Source: Raja brachyura (taxonomy: Eukaryota). From it: DNA of 64,000 bases. The notes under the pieces were generated by a model. That model was not told the origin of the DNA. It saw only the letters and a list, made by a program, of their open reading frames with translations, and ran no database searches. Shown here one piece after another: positions 1 through 13,265 of this stretch. Where the stretch lies: positions 82,956,001 to 83,020,000 of the forward strand of contig OY740781.1 of assembly GCA_963514005.1 (NCBI GenBank). Reading direction: 5' to 3'. How positions within the stretch are numbered: the stretch's first letter is position 1; each line of letters begins with the position of its first letter. Position numbers and translations under genes: made by a program.

Positions 1-27
1 CTGCCTACTGTTTCTGCACGAACTGCT

Positions 28-1113
28 ATGAGTGACGTTATCAGGCACACGACCGTAATGGCAACACAGCGCAGCCCACCCGCGGATAAACCCAAACTCA
101 GATATGGAAGACCGAAAACGGCAGAAGAACAAGGCCTGACTGAAGCACCAGGCTCAGGTAGGACATCCTCCCAGGAAAATGTGTCTATAAAGTTAAAGAA
201 AAAATCAGAGATGGAAGAACTTAAAACTTTTTTTACACAAGAAATAATAGAGTTAAAATCGGAATTGGCAACAAAAGAAGATATAGAAAAAATGAAGGAG
301 GAGATGAAAAAGTTAAAGGTTGAAATTTATGCCTCTACTCGGGAACTATCTGATAATTTGCGAAAGGAAATTGCAGAAATATTAGCAGAACAAGCTGCAA
401 TTACAGCAGAAGAGATGAATGCTAAAATAAAAAGCAACCTGGAAAAGGAGCTGGAACCTTTTGAAACTGTACTTAATGAGCAGTCGTCCACTATAAAAGA
501 CCTTGAGGAGATAGCCGAAACAAACACTCAGTCTATGAAAGCACTCCTGAAAGAAAATCAACGCTTATCTGAACAACTGGGCAAAATAACTGAAAAATGT
601 ATTGAGTTGGAAGGGCGCCAGCGAAGGCAGAACTTGAGAATCGCAGGTATTCGAGAAGGGAGAGAATCGAATCAAGATACCCGAGAGTTTACTGCAAATT
701 TACTGCAAAAGGTTTTATCTCTGGACCAGAAACCTTTATTAGCCCGAGCACACAGAGTAATGAGGCGTTATACAAGACCAGACGCCCCCCCCCCCCCCCC
801 AAGACAAATGATAGTGAAAGTCCAGTATGATCATATTTTGGAGGAGATGATGAACAAAATAGTAAGAAGCAGAAACCTCACATACGAAGGAGACTCTATC
901 AGCATTTATCGAGACTACCCAGCAGAGGTTTCTAAGAAGCGGAATGCGTTCAAGGAGACCAAAAGAATTCTGAGAGAAGTGAACAACGTGAAGTACACTC
1001 TGAGATACCCAGCCACTCTCAGAGTCACCCACAACCAGGAAGAACAGCAATTCAAAAACCCAGCAGAGGCACTGGACTTTGCCAAGAGGATCAAGAGTCA
1101 AGAGGAAGACTGA
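28..1113 (+). CDS. L1 ORF1p (coiled coil, RRM, CTD; Transposase_22-like), open 361 aa
   Basis: Heptad-rich coiled coil followed by L1 ORF1 motifs LEGRQRRQNLRIAGIRE, RAHR, ISIYRDY..EVSKKR, LRYPATLRV. Confidence 0.88.
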   Translation: MSDVIRHTTVMATQRSPPADKPKLRYGRPKTAEEQGLTEAPGSGRTSSQENVSIKLKKKSEMEELKTFFTQEIIELKSELATKEDIEKMKEEMKKLKVEIYASTRELSDNLRKEIAEILAEQAAITAEEMNAKIKSNLEKELEPFETVLNEQSSTIKDLEEIAETNTQSMKALLKENQRLSEQLGKITEKCIELEGRQRRQNLRIAGIREGRESNQDTREFTANLLQKVLSLDQKPLLARAHRVMRRYTRPDAPPPPPRQMIVKVQYDHILEEMMNKIVRSRNLTYEGDSISIYRDYPAEVSKKRNAFKETKRILREVNNVKYTLRYPATLRVTHNQEEQQFKNPAEALDFAKRIKSQEED

Positions 1114-2005
1114 ATGAAAGTTTCTAAGACGAACCTCATTGATAAATAAATCGTACCCTCACGACTGGAATGGGCTATGGGCTTGTGGTACTTAAAGAAG
1201 ATGGAGAAGGAGGTGGCTTGGAGACTCGGATGGGAGATACGGATTGGACATTCTTTTATGGATATTAATAATTAGAGTAATAACATTACTAATATTAACT
1301 AACAAATACTAAAAAATTCGGCGTAGTATTATTACTAATTTACAGCGCGGTACTAATACTAATTAAAGTTGATAATCTTCAATCAGGGATTAATATTTAC
1401 TTATGGCTGATTTAAATAGAATTAGATAATTATTAAGTATAATCATATAGAATATAAAGCTTGATTTTATTTACATCCCATGGTAATTTATTTTTCTCCC
1501 CCCTTTTTTTCTTTTTTTTAAATTTTTATTTATTTTTTTAACTTTTTTTTTCCTCCCTTCTTTTCATTACATTTTATGATATATCTTTAATTTGTTTCAA
1601 GTACAGATATTATTATATACTTGAATGATAGACACCGTATACATCAGATTTTATTACTCCGGTTAAATATTTTTATGAATTAATAATATTAAGGAGCTGG
1701 AAAGATACTAACGTCTACGGAAGTCCTTAGATTATTAGCCATGTTAGAATGGCTAACACTCACTGCACCAATCTTAGATGTAGTTTTTTCTTTCTTTGAG
1801 CACTCTTTTAACCTCTTAATCTATCCTTTTTTTAATATCACTTTCTATTATTATTTTACATTTGACTGGAGTTGTAAATCAAAGCAAAGGAGATATATGC
1901 GTGAGCATCACTTAAGGATCTTGAAATTCATCTATTTGAAGTTCGGGTGTAAGGTCGGGTATGTCGAGCTGAATCATTTGCTCTATTACAGACCCCCTTA
2001 GACAA

Positions 2006-5000
2006 ATGATGCAAGACTTAAAAACGAATATGGGGAATGGAGGAATAACGTTTTGCAGCTGGAACGTAAAAGGTATTAATGAACCAATTAAGAGAGGTAA
2101 AGTATTAGCACACCTAAAAGCACTCAAAACAGATGTGGCATTCATCCAAGAGACACATTTAAAAAAAGACGCAGAGCATAGATTAAAAGCCAAATGGATT
2201 GACAAAGTGTATCATTCTTCTTTGACACACAAATCAAGAGGCGTAGCAATATTAATCCGTAAAGCTACCTTATTTAAACATACTTCAACTATAACAGATA
2301 AAGAGGGCAGATATATTATCATAACAGGAGAATTATATACACAAAAAATGATTTTTGTTAACATTTACGGCCCAAATTTTGACAGTCCATCGTTTTTTAG
2401 GAAAATACTAAATACTATCCCAGAACTACCACAATACAATTTAATAATTGGAGGAGATCTAAATTGTACATTAGATCCTTACTTAGACAGATCATCAAGA
2501 CAACGGAAAACTAAATCGCATTCTAACGATCTAATAAATGCATATATAGATTCGAGCAATATTATGGATGTTTGGAGAATGGAAAACCCAACGGGACAAG
2601 AATACTCATTTTACTCATCAGTACATAAAACATACTCAAGAATAGACTACTTTCAAAACTTATTCCATTCACTTATAATTCAAAATACCACAATATTATA
2701 ATTTCAGATCATGCACCATTATCTTTTATGATTAAAATAACTGGAAAAATGGGGAAGCAGGGACAATGGAGACTCAACCGATAAATTTTAAAGGACAAAA
2801 CAACTCAAAACATTACAAAACAGATTGAGATCTTCTTTGAAACAAATGACAAACCAGAAATATCCCCGTTACTACTATGGGAAACTTTTAAAGCATATAC
2901 ACGTGGAATTATGATATCTTCTCAAGCATTCTATAACAAAGAGAATCGGAGGATACAGCAGGCATTGGAAAAAGAGATTAAGCAACTAGATATAGAAAAC
3001 GCTGCTAATCCAACCATGATTAAACATAATAAAATCTCTGCATTGAAATATAAATTAAATAAAATACAATCAGACCAAGTTGTAAAACTTTATCAATATA
3101 CAAAACAAATACAATTTGAATTTGGAGATAAACCACAAAAATTATTTGCTCGTCAATTAAGAAAATTGGAGGGAGAAAAAATAATCCATAGGGTTAAATC
3201 AGATACAGGGGAATTATTAACACAAACCAAAGACATTAACGAGAGATTTCAGCAATATTATAAAAATTTATATTCAGTCAAAACGATAGAAAATCATATA
3301 GGAATAGAAACATTTCTAAAAAATTGTAATTTAAAGGAATTAGATATGGAAGACAGAGAATCATTAAACGCTGAAATAACAATTAAAGAAATCAAAGAAT
3401 CTATTAGGTCATTAAAAAATGGTAAAGCACCAGGACCGGATGGAATTGGTTCGGAATTTTATAAAATGTTTGATAATTTAATGATACCACGGTTAAAGAC
3501 ACTTTATGAACACATTTATACACAACAGAAATTGCCTGGAACATTAAATTAATCTATTATTACATTAATACCTAAATTAGATAAAGATTTGGAGGACCCA
3601 GGATCGTATAGAGCCATAGCTCTTTTAAACACTGATCAAAAAATATTAACTAAAATATTAGCACGAAGATTAAATATGGTGATCAACAAAATAATACACC
3701 CAGACCATACTAGATTTATACCAAAACGATACTCTTCATATAACCTGAGACGATTATTTAACATTATATACTCGAAAAGAAATACTAGCAAAGACCTAGC
3801 AATTATCTCATTAGATGCAGAGAAAGCTTTCAATCAGGTTGAATGGTCTTATTTATTCTCGGTTTTGGAATCCTTCCAGCTAGGAGAAAAGTTTATAACG
3901 TGGGTCAAATTATTATACACCAATCAGACAGCTAGAATACAAACAAATCAAATGTTATCAACTAAATTTAACTTATTCAGAGGCTGTAGACAAGGTTGTC
4001 CGCTATCACCACTACTCTTTGCGTTAGCAATAGAACCATTAGCACAGCGTGTGAGACTACACCCTGAAATATATGGGTATGAAACCAAAGAAACGGAAAA
4101 TAAAATTTATTTATACGCAGATGATGTATTACTCTATATTACAAAGCCTGAAATTAGTATACCTACCCTGCTAGATTTAATAACTCAATTTGGTCTACTC
4201 TCAGGATATAGAATTAATTGGAATAAAAGTGAACTTATGTCAATAATGGGAAATAACTCACACATATTACAACGATTCCCTTTTACGATAGCAAATGAAA
4301 AAATTAAATATCTTGGAATTTATGTATCAAAAAGACATGACTCTTTATTTAAATCTAATTTCCCACCTTTATTGAATAAATTACTTAAGAATATTCTATA
4401 TTGGAAAACGTTACCTATCTCAATGTTAGGTAAAATAAATGCGATAAAAATGATCTTTCTCCCGCAATTATTATATTTATTTCAAATGATCCCGATATAT
4501 CTTCCCAAAATTTTTTTTAAGAAGGTGGATTCTATAATTACAAATTTTATTTGGGATTATAAGAGCCATAGAATAAATAAGAAACATCTATGTAAAGCAA
4601 AAATAAGTGGAGGTTTAGCGTTGCCTAATTTTATGTTTTACTATTGGGCAGTTTATATTAAAAATATGAATTTTTGGTTGGAAGAATTAGATATACAGCC
4701 GAATAGGTTAAAATTGAAAAAGGAAGACTGCCTACCTTTTGAAATTAGCTCGATTATATTTGCTAATACCAAATTACATAAAAAATCTTATAGAGGAAAC
4801 CCAATAATAGAAAATGGGATACGTATTTGGAAACAATTAAAAAAATCTTTAAAATTGGAATGTATACCACTGGATCTTCAAATTGCAAACAATATCACTT
4901 TTAAACCCTCTAGGATGGATAAAGGTTTTTCACAATGGAAAAATTATGGAATTAATAAGATACGGGATCTCTATAGGGAAAACCTTTTTCTTTCATTTCA

Positions 5001-5806
5001 AGAATTACAACAAAAATATGGACTACACTCAAAAGAATATTTTAGATATTTACAAATTAGAGATGTTAAATCAAATACACAAGAATTTAGAAATAGAAAG
5101 ACAGAAATTCTAGATGAATGTTTAAATAAACATCCGAACACAGAAAAATTAATCATATATTTATAATATTTTATTGGAAAATGATGCACCACCGTCGGAA
5201 ATATATAGGCAAGCATGGGAAAGTGAATTAGGACAATCAATTAGTTTAGAAGTATGGGAGGAAAGTTTACAACATATACACTACTGCTCATTAAATGCCA
5301 GACACTCTCTGATACAATTTAAAATTTTACATAGATTACATCTCTCAAAGTCCAAACTAAATAGAATTTTTCCAAATGTTTCTGCTATTTGTGACAAATG
5401 TCAACACCTAGAAGCCAACCTAACACATTCATTTACCAAATGTATTAAAATTACAAATTTTTGGTCAGAAATTTTTAAGATAATTTCGAAGGTAGTTAAT
5501 ACAAATCTATATCCAGATTCCAAATTAATTATATTAGGCATATTAGAAACTGATCAATCACTAACAACAAAACAATGAATTTTTATTGATTATAGTTTAA
5601 TAATTGGTAAAAAATTAATACTAAAATTTTGGAAAGGTCCTACCAACCCCACTATTAAAATGTGGATTACAGAAATGTCGGAGACACTTCATTTGGAAAG
5701 ATTAAGACTTGTCCTCTCGGACAGGCTAGATCAGTTTAGAGGAACATGGTCTCCATTTATTGATTATCTAAAGGGACAAATGGGCTCGGTTCGAGGGCCT
5801 GACTGA
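2006..5806 (+). pseudogene. L1 ORF2 (endonuclease/reverse transcriptase) disrupted by frameshifts and stops
   Basis: SWNVKG, IQETH, GGDLN, SRIDYF and SDHAP endonuclease motifs; KAPGPDG, SLDAEKAF, RQGCPLSP and YADD RT motifs; CDKC..H...C knuckle. Split over ORFs 2006, 2911, 3589 and 5174; the frame resumes after TGA 5576-5578 and ends at TGA 5804-5806. Confidence 0.92.
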
Positions 5807-7415
5807 AACCTGGACGGGGAATGGATGAAGAATTATATATAATAGATCACTGATATATCTCCAATGTAGAATAGAATGTTTAAAACTCCACTCATATTAT
5901 TGATTTTCTATTTTTATTATTATTTTAATTTATTTTATTATTTCTTTCTATTAATTTCCTTCTTTATTAAAAATAATAAAAAAATATGTAGAAGTATAAA
6001 CAAGAATGACTGTAAATTTTATAAATATTAAGAATGTATGAGATGAATAGTAAATTCTTTTGTTCCTCTTTTTTTTCTTACATTTTAAATTGTCTTAATA
6101 TGTATCAATATGCATTAACTTCTAATAAAAAATATTAACAAAAAAAAGGCAGTTCAGGGAAGAATGAGAGTAATAGAGGTAGGTACATTGTGGGAGTGGG
6201 TGATGAATGAATGAATGCATCAGGTTGTGGAGAGAAGCACAAATTGTGGGCATGATTGTGAGTGTGAGTGCAAATGAGCATCTCTGCGTACAACCTTGCA
6301 CTTGCATACTTATTTCTGCCAGGTCTGTGCAACACTGATCTTTAATCAACATGATCTCCTTACACTTTGAATGGATCAAGCCGTCAGGACCATATGGAGA
6401 CTATTGTCCAATACCCACCCTGGTCAAAAGAATCCACATACTGGCATCTTCCGCTCAGAACTGGAATGTCAAATATCATTTTTGATCCAGTATGTGTTTG
6501 ATGACTACCCTGTTTTAATAGGCCAGTGATAAATGGATCAATTTGCCCAATAATGCATCATAACTTTCTGTCCATTTCCAATTACTCCAACCTATTGCTT
6601 TGAAAAGTGTACTTTTTTTAAAATCAGTTATCATAGGATTTAAAATACTTGTAAGATCTGCACTTAAAAAAAATAGCTGTTAGGAAAAATAATCAATAAA
6701 ACTAAAACATCTCACAGGGTTACAACGCTCAAAGTTTCAAGACTGAACTGTAGTTGAAGAGCAAAGTGCACTCTATGTTTTACTGTTCAACACTAACTCA
6801 TGAACAGCAATCCAATAATCACGAGAAGAACAATGGGCCAGCATTTTCTGGCACATTAACAGCAGGTTCAATCTCCATGCTGTTATTAAGGTGTGAATCA
6901 TTCAGCTATTTTTGGTAAGAAAGGGATATCTCACCAGTTACAAATTACCAAATATTACTGGAAAATAGAAGCTTATCATCAAACTACTTTCTGAACATTA
7001 CACTTAGGTGCATTAATCACCAATTAAATCAATACAGCAAATTAAGGCCATTACTTAGCTGTGCAAGGACTAGAAGTGACAACATTTACATTCCCACAAT
7101 ACCATTCCACATTGGAAAGCAAACTACTTGACACCAGGGACTCTTATTATCAGAGTGGTTAATTATTTGAGTTTATAAATCGCTCGCCATTTCCTTGTGT
7201 ATTTCATTCTTTCAATCACTATTTTGTTTTAAACTGTATCTGATTTAACTCTAATTCATGCCTTTGTCTCAGTCCTTAAAATCTCCTTGACCTGAAGTTG
7301 CGGGTTTAATAATGATAAAATTTTCAGCATTCGCTGTAATTAATCGGCAAAACTGATATCAACGTCCAATGTCTATATGTGTACAAAAGAATTAGTCATA
7401 CTGCCCTGCCCTCCA

Positions 7416-7838
7416 CAATAGACAATAGGTGCAGGACGAGGCCATTCAAGCCAGCACCGCCATTCAATGTGATCATGGCTGATCATCCACAATCAGTACC
7501 CTGTTCCTGCCTTCTCCCCACATCCCCTGACTCCGCTATCTTCAAGAGCCCTATCTAGCTCTCGCTTGAAAGTATCCAGAGAACCAGCCTCCACCGCTCT
7601 CTGAGGCAGAGAATTCCACAGACTCACAACTCTGTGTGGAAAAAGTGTTTCCTCATCTCCGTTCTAAATGGCTTACCCTTTACTCACGGGATGCATTGTT
7701 GCAGTTTTTATTGATGCAGTTGGCATAGAACCTGTGATTTGATGTAAACTCAATGTTATCAGCCATGATCACAATGAATGGCGGTGCTGGCTTGAAGGGC
7801 CGAACGGCCTCCTCTTGCACCTATTTTCTAGGTTTTCT
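7416..7838. mobile_element. Two CR1-type LINE 3' fragments in opposite orientation (minus ~7416-7681, plus ~7758-7838)
   Basis: Both match the CR1 3' tail (gaatggcggtgctggctcgaagggccgaatggcctactcctgcacctatt) that follows RT ORFs elsewhere in the window. Confidence 0.8.
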
Positions 7839-8379
7839 TATACGCAATTCTAATATTAATTATTAGATTTGGTATAAATGGAATAATATTCACTGTAAAA
7901 TCTGAAAATGTCTTTTAAAGTCATCAAAATGTATTTTCGGCATATAATCTGAAATATCATTGATTAGCTTTAAATGCAATGTGGAATGGAATGCTTTATT
8001 GTCACGTGACAAGGCAGTGAAACTCTTTGCTAGCATACCCAATGTATGCAAATAGTCGCCACATAAACGGCGTTTACAAAGGTACAAAGTACCCCGTGTC
8101 GCCTCCCCCTTTGTTCTCCCCCCCCGCCCATCATCACAACGGTCATTCCCCCCCCCCACCCCACGCCGGGTCCTTCATTGTTTTTTACTTGTGCAGTTGA
8201 CTTGCAGATACACTTGCCTTTGAGATATACTAAGCAGCCAATCAGTGAAGATATTTGATAACATTATTGTTACTGAATGCTACTGATAACACCTGGCTTT
8301 GATTCATGCCTAAAAAGGAGACTGCAGAATAAATCTTTGTGGACAGACTTCTTTCAGTTTAGCATTATTCATCATTCTT

Positions 8380-9311
8380 CCAAATGCTGGCCTACAAATC
8401 TTCCATTATAGATGAAGCTCTCACTAGGGTCTCCTCGATATCCCACAGCTCCGCTCTTAGCCCCCCTCCCCCATTTGTAACAAGGACAGTCCCCCTTGAC
8501 CTCACCTTCCACCCCATCAGCCATCGCATACGGCATATAATCCTCCAACTTTTTTCGCCACCTCCAACAGGATCCCACTACTGGCCACATCTTCCCATCT
8601 CTTCCCTTCTGCCTTCTGCAGAGACTGTTCCCGCCGTAACTCCCTGGTCAATTCGTCCCTTCCCACCCAAACCACCCCCTCCCCGGGCACTTTCCCCAGC
8701 AACCGCAAGAAATGCAACATTTGTCCCTTTACTTTCTCCAGGACTCCATCTAAGGACCCAAACAGTCTTTCCAGGTGTACAATACACCAAGCAATTACAG
8801 TTAACTTGCGCATCTTCCAACCTCATCTACTGTATCTGCTGTTCCAGGTGTCAACTTCTCTATATCGGCGAGACCAAGCGCTGGCTCGGCGATCGTTTAG
8901 CTGAACACCTCCGCTCAGTCCATCGTAACCAACCCAATCTCTTGGGTTGCTCAGGACTTTAACTCCCTCTCCCATTCCCAATCTGACCTTTCCGTCCTGG
9001 GCTTCCTCCATTGTCAGAGTGAAGCCCAGCGCAAATTGGAGGAATAGCACCACATATTTTGTTTGGGTAGTTTACACCCCAGCGGTATGAACATTGACTT
9101 CTCTAACTTCAGATAGCCCTTGTTTTCTCTCTCCTTCCCCTCCCCATTTTTAGTTCTCCTACTAGCCCTACTGTCTCTGTCTACTTTCTATCTTTGTCTC
9201 GCCCCCCCCCCCGCAGTCTGAAGAAGGGTCCTGAACCGAAACGTCGCCCATCCCTTCTCTCCAGAGATGCTGCCTCACCCGTTGAGTTGCTCCAGCATTG
9301 TGTGTCTACCT
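8380..9311 (+). mobile_element. 5'-truncated Penelope-like element (Neptune type) with GIY-YIG endonuclease remnant and hammerhead-like 3' motif
   Basis: ORF 8384..8962 contains SSNLIYCICCSRCQLLYIGETKRWLGDRLAEHLRSV; the 3' UTR has CTGAAGAAGGGTCCTGAACCGAAACGTC at 9218-9245. Confidence 0.88.
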
Positions 9312-11039
9312 ATAAATCTGGGGTGTTGATTAAGGAATTACAATGTTGGTCCAATAATTCATCAAGATCTCAGGTGCCAGTCGATCCATTTCTATTAATA
9401 TGCAGAGTACTTTTTGTTGCACTGACGAGTTGGGGCAAAATTGTAAGCTGATAGGATAACTCAGTAGGTACTTCCCTCCAATATGTTCTGGGCCTCATAT
9501 AGGTTTGATTTCAATGTCTGTGTGTTCAAACAGTTAACATAGATCAATGGAAAGCTGCTGGTGGTAGCAAGTAGACATATTTGGATTTTTTAAATCAGTG
9601 ACATGTGGCTTAGAAGTTATTTAAATTGAAGATTTAAACTGGCACAGATTTCCCAAAGTAAAAAAACATAAGCAAATCCATCAAAAGACTAACGTTACCA
9701 GAAGAAATGCTGTTACACTCTTTAGTTATTGGCAACTTCCATTTAGCTCATAAACCAGAATAATTATACTTCCAGATCTATATGTTTTACCTGTGATAAT
9801 GTGTTCACTCCTGCAACAAAGTAGAAGTGTCTGTGGTAAGAGCAAATTGGTCCAAAATAAGAGTGCAGAAACATTTAATGGTACAAAGCTGTTCTCATAA
9901 ACAAGCTTCCTGTGTGGTAGGAAAAGAAGAGAACATAAAATATGACAGAACCGATTCTTATCAATTTTATACTTCACACTGCTGTTGACTATGAAAATTA
10001 CAGCTAACTGAGCAAGTAATTACACCAGCAGAAACAAGTCTTGCATTATGACTGGCAATCACTACAAATCACTGTATCGATCTTTTTCACTTATCTTCCT
10101 CTATTCAGGCAAAATTACAATACACCAAGCCACACACCAGATGAGAAATAATAATACATCCAAGCAGTTTCATGAAAGACTAAGGGAGATTAGTGTTCAA
10201 CCTACTGAATTAAAAATATTTTTGCACTCTGCAGTTAGTGGCATGCAGACTCCATCAGTCTGAAACAATGGATCACAGTTTGCTGCCGTTTAATATTTCT
10301 GAACACAACCAGTTATACATTTATCCACTTCCTTCAGCTCAATTCCTTTTCCCGTCACAAGTGGCTGGAAAGTGAGATGCTAAGCGAGGGCAAAGAGCAC
10401 CCATCAAGTCAAACCTGGTCACGTTTATTGTCAAAAGGACACAAAGTGCTGGAGAAACTCAGCGGGTCAGGCAGCACCTTTGAGGAACGTGGATAGATAA
10501 TGTTTTGCGTCAGGACCTTTCTTCAAAAAAAAAGGAAATAAAAAGCAAAATAATCATAAAATGTTATGTACATTTATTAACTTCTTTAGATAAACATTTG
10601 AAGACCTTATTAAAAGGCATTTAATAAACTTCTGAAATCCTAGCCTAAATTACAATTGATGCGCGAAAACCTGGTCAAAGTAAATGCTCTGAATGTGGTT
10701 TTACTTTTTCAATATGTCCTAGATATGCAACCTAGCAATGGAATAAAAAAGTAGCTTGTGCTCAGACGTCCAGCTGTTGAAAGTCACAGCCTGTGTAAGT
10801 ATTTTTTATCATTCTGCAAGGTTTCATTGGAGTTTCAAAACAGAATTATATCTTCAGCCGTCTGGCAATAACAAAAGCTCCAAAACGATATCAGTGTTAC
10901 AGGTGAAGAAGTATATCCTGAGGTGCCAGTTACAGGAACTTTATTCTCTCCATGGAAGTTTTTCAGCTTCTGTTCTGACTGAATTTATCAGAGGAATACC
11001 ACTATAATAAATAGCATTTAACCTCACACATTGTCCACC

Positions 11040-11665
11040 AGGTGGCGCCAGCAATGGCTGCCTCGCCACCAGTCTATCTGTCCCTTCCTTCTTTGTGTTT
11101 TAATTGTATGTGTTAAATGTATGTTTTTAATGTTCTTTAGCTTGTTTTATGTGGGGGTGGGGGTGTTGGGGGAAATGTTTTAAAATCTCTTACCTTGACG
11201 GAGATGCGATTTTTTTCGGCATTGTATCCCCGTCCACACTGAGGCCTAACATCGAGGAGTTGGCAGCCTTTGCTGGAGACCGACTTTGAGAGCTCCAGCC
11301 GCGGGTGCCTGTGGACTTACCATCACGGAGCTGGCGATCCCTTGCCAGGGACCGACCTCGGAGCCTGCGGACTTTAACATCGCGGAGCTTGTGTTCTCTG
11401 GTTAGAGACAGACTTCGGGAACTGCAAGCCGCAGGAGCTTTGACCGCCCCGACTGCAGATGGTTCAACTGCCCTGACCCCGGGAGAATAAAGAGGAAGAA
11501 AACTAGACTTTTTTGCCTTCCACCACAGTGAGGAATCCGCTGTGTTGGATGTTTATGTTAACCTTTAGGTAGTTGTGTGTCTTGTTTCTTTTTTTTCCCC
11601 ATATGGGTGTATGGTAGTTTGCATATCACTGTAACATAATTGGTACATAAAAGACCTTTGAAACA
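11040..11665 (+). mobile_element. GC-rich non-autonomous retroelement with a Rex1/Babar-like 3' tail
   Basis: GC-rich body with repeated gactt..catcgcggagct motifs; the tail cactgta..taattggtaca resembles the minus-strand tail at 17972-18060. No coding capacity. Confidence 0.45.
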
Positions 11666-12609
11666 TTAATATTTCACTCTCAATTATTGTCAATTATTGC
11701 CAATTCAGCCCATTTATACTTCAAAAAACTGATCTGTCAACACTTAACCTTGAGGCACAATGTCATGTGGTTTAAAATTCTGGAAAGTGTCACACACACA
11801 CATCAACCTTCTTGATTTAATTTGCAACTTCTGTAGAGTTAACTCGACTCAGAAGTGTTAAGAGCACCCCAATTTGGGGAAAGATTGCATATTGTTACTT
11901 CAATAAAGCATGGACGTGGGGGCATCATTCCAGGATTAACCCACCTGTGTGTGTAAAGGCCCTTTGGGAGAAGAGCGTGTAGAGACTCATCATCAAGGTT
12001 CACACATGACTCGGAGATCACATAGAAACCGTACCAGAGAAGAGTTAGCAACAATAAAAGTATAACAAAGCAAGAAGTTAACATCCTCCGTGTGAGGAAT
12101 GAATGGATGAAAATAATTCATGTTCATCTCTTTTTCATTCTTGTCTGAAAGCTTTTTAAATGGCAGGGGCTCGGCAAGATGAAACAGCGACAGGCTAAAG
12201 CTTCATGATTGATCTTGAATTGTTCATCACAGGGGTACATTCCAGCCTTTGGCGACAGGTGCATTCTACCACTATCATATTAATGGGCTGTAGAACTTCA
12301 TACAATTGAACTAGCATGTTATTTCAGAGACTTGTCCTGAAGCAAGGCTACAAACTGCTGAATAATACAAATAGAAAGTCAAAAAAATGCTGCACCTACT
12401 ACCCATAAACTGTGATAGGTCTATCCCAAGCATACAATTTCAAAACTGCACGCAATCTTTGGTAAAGAGAAACCTCAGTAAATTAATACATTATTTTTTG
12501 TAGCAATTACTTCTCAGGTTTATTATACATGAAGAGTCATTTAATCTCACATAATCTGGTCCTTCAAGAGAAAGGGCAAGGTGGGCACAATGGCAAGAAA
12601 TCCATAATA

Positions 12610-12755
12610 GGATCAGCTGCACAGCATAAAATCGCCCGGTTGCCCAGCACTTCAACCCTCCCTCCCATTCCCACTCTGACCTTACCCGCTGAGTTTCTCC
12701 AGCATTTGTTTTGTCTACCTTTGATTTTTCCAGCATCTACAGTTCTTTCTTAAAC
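12610..12755 (+). mobile_element. Internally deleted Penelope-like 3' fragment
   Basis: gttgcccagcacttcaac (GIY-YIG C-terminal VAQHFN region) fused to the acccgctgagtttctccagcat...cttaaac terminus. Confidence 0.7.
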
Positions 12756-12989
12756 TATTAAATATATTTCCATGATTTTTTTCCCACACATTCAGATAGT
12801 TCTGGAGAACACCTTTGAAGCAAACTCACATCTATTATATAGGATTTTTTTTTATCCACAGCCAATTTATCCACAGATGATGTGAATTTGCCAATAAAAA
12901 AACATTTCAATGGCAAACACGAGTTTTTATTGTACTGGCACGCCTAGAAAGATTAGCTCCGGCATTGGGATCTTTCCTGAGGACTGCAA

Positions 12990-13265
12990 TGACCAGGTTT
13001 AGGAATAGCTACTTCCCCACAGCCATCAGGCTATTAAACTTGGCACGGACAAAACACTGAACATTAATACCCCTTTATCTGGTATTTGCACTTCATCAAT
13101 TTGTTTATTCGTGTGTGCATTTACGTATGTAATGGTATATGGACACTCTGATCTGTTTTGTAGTCAACGCCTACTATGTTCTGTTGTGCTGACGCAAAGA
13201 AAGAATGTAATTGTCCTGTCAGGGACACATGACAATAAACTCTTTTGACTTTGACTCTTTTGACT
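12990..13265 (+). mobile_element. Rex1/Babar LINE 3' end
   Basis: accaggtttaggaatagctacttccccacagccatcaggct (RFRNSYFPTAIRL) and tail gacaataaa followed by (ttgact)n; similar copy at 39480-39745. Confidence 0.65.

Larger units (their letters stand above)
1..6147 (+). mobile_element. Near full-length LINE-1 (fish/amphibian-type L1) retrotransposon; 5' UTR cut by the window edge
   Basis: ORF1, ~890 bp AT-rich spacer, broken ORF2 (APE endonuclease, RT, CCHC knuckle), AT-rich 3' UTR, AATAAA at 6124 and A-tail at 6140-6147. Confidence 0.93.

Noticed and set aside
9726-9977. Minus ORF starting KYKIDK, echoing an ATP10D peptide (DYRKYKIDK)
   Set aside because: Flanking residues (VNSSV / NRFCH) do not match a P4-ATPase; six-residue coincidence.
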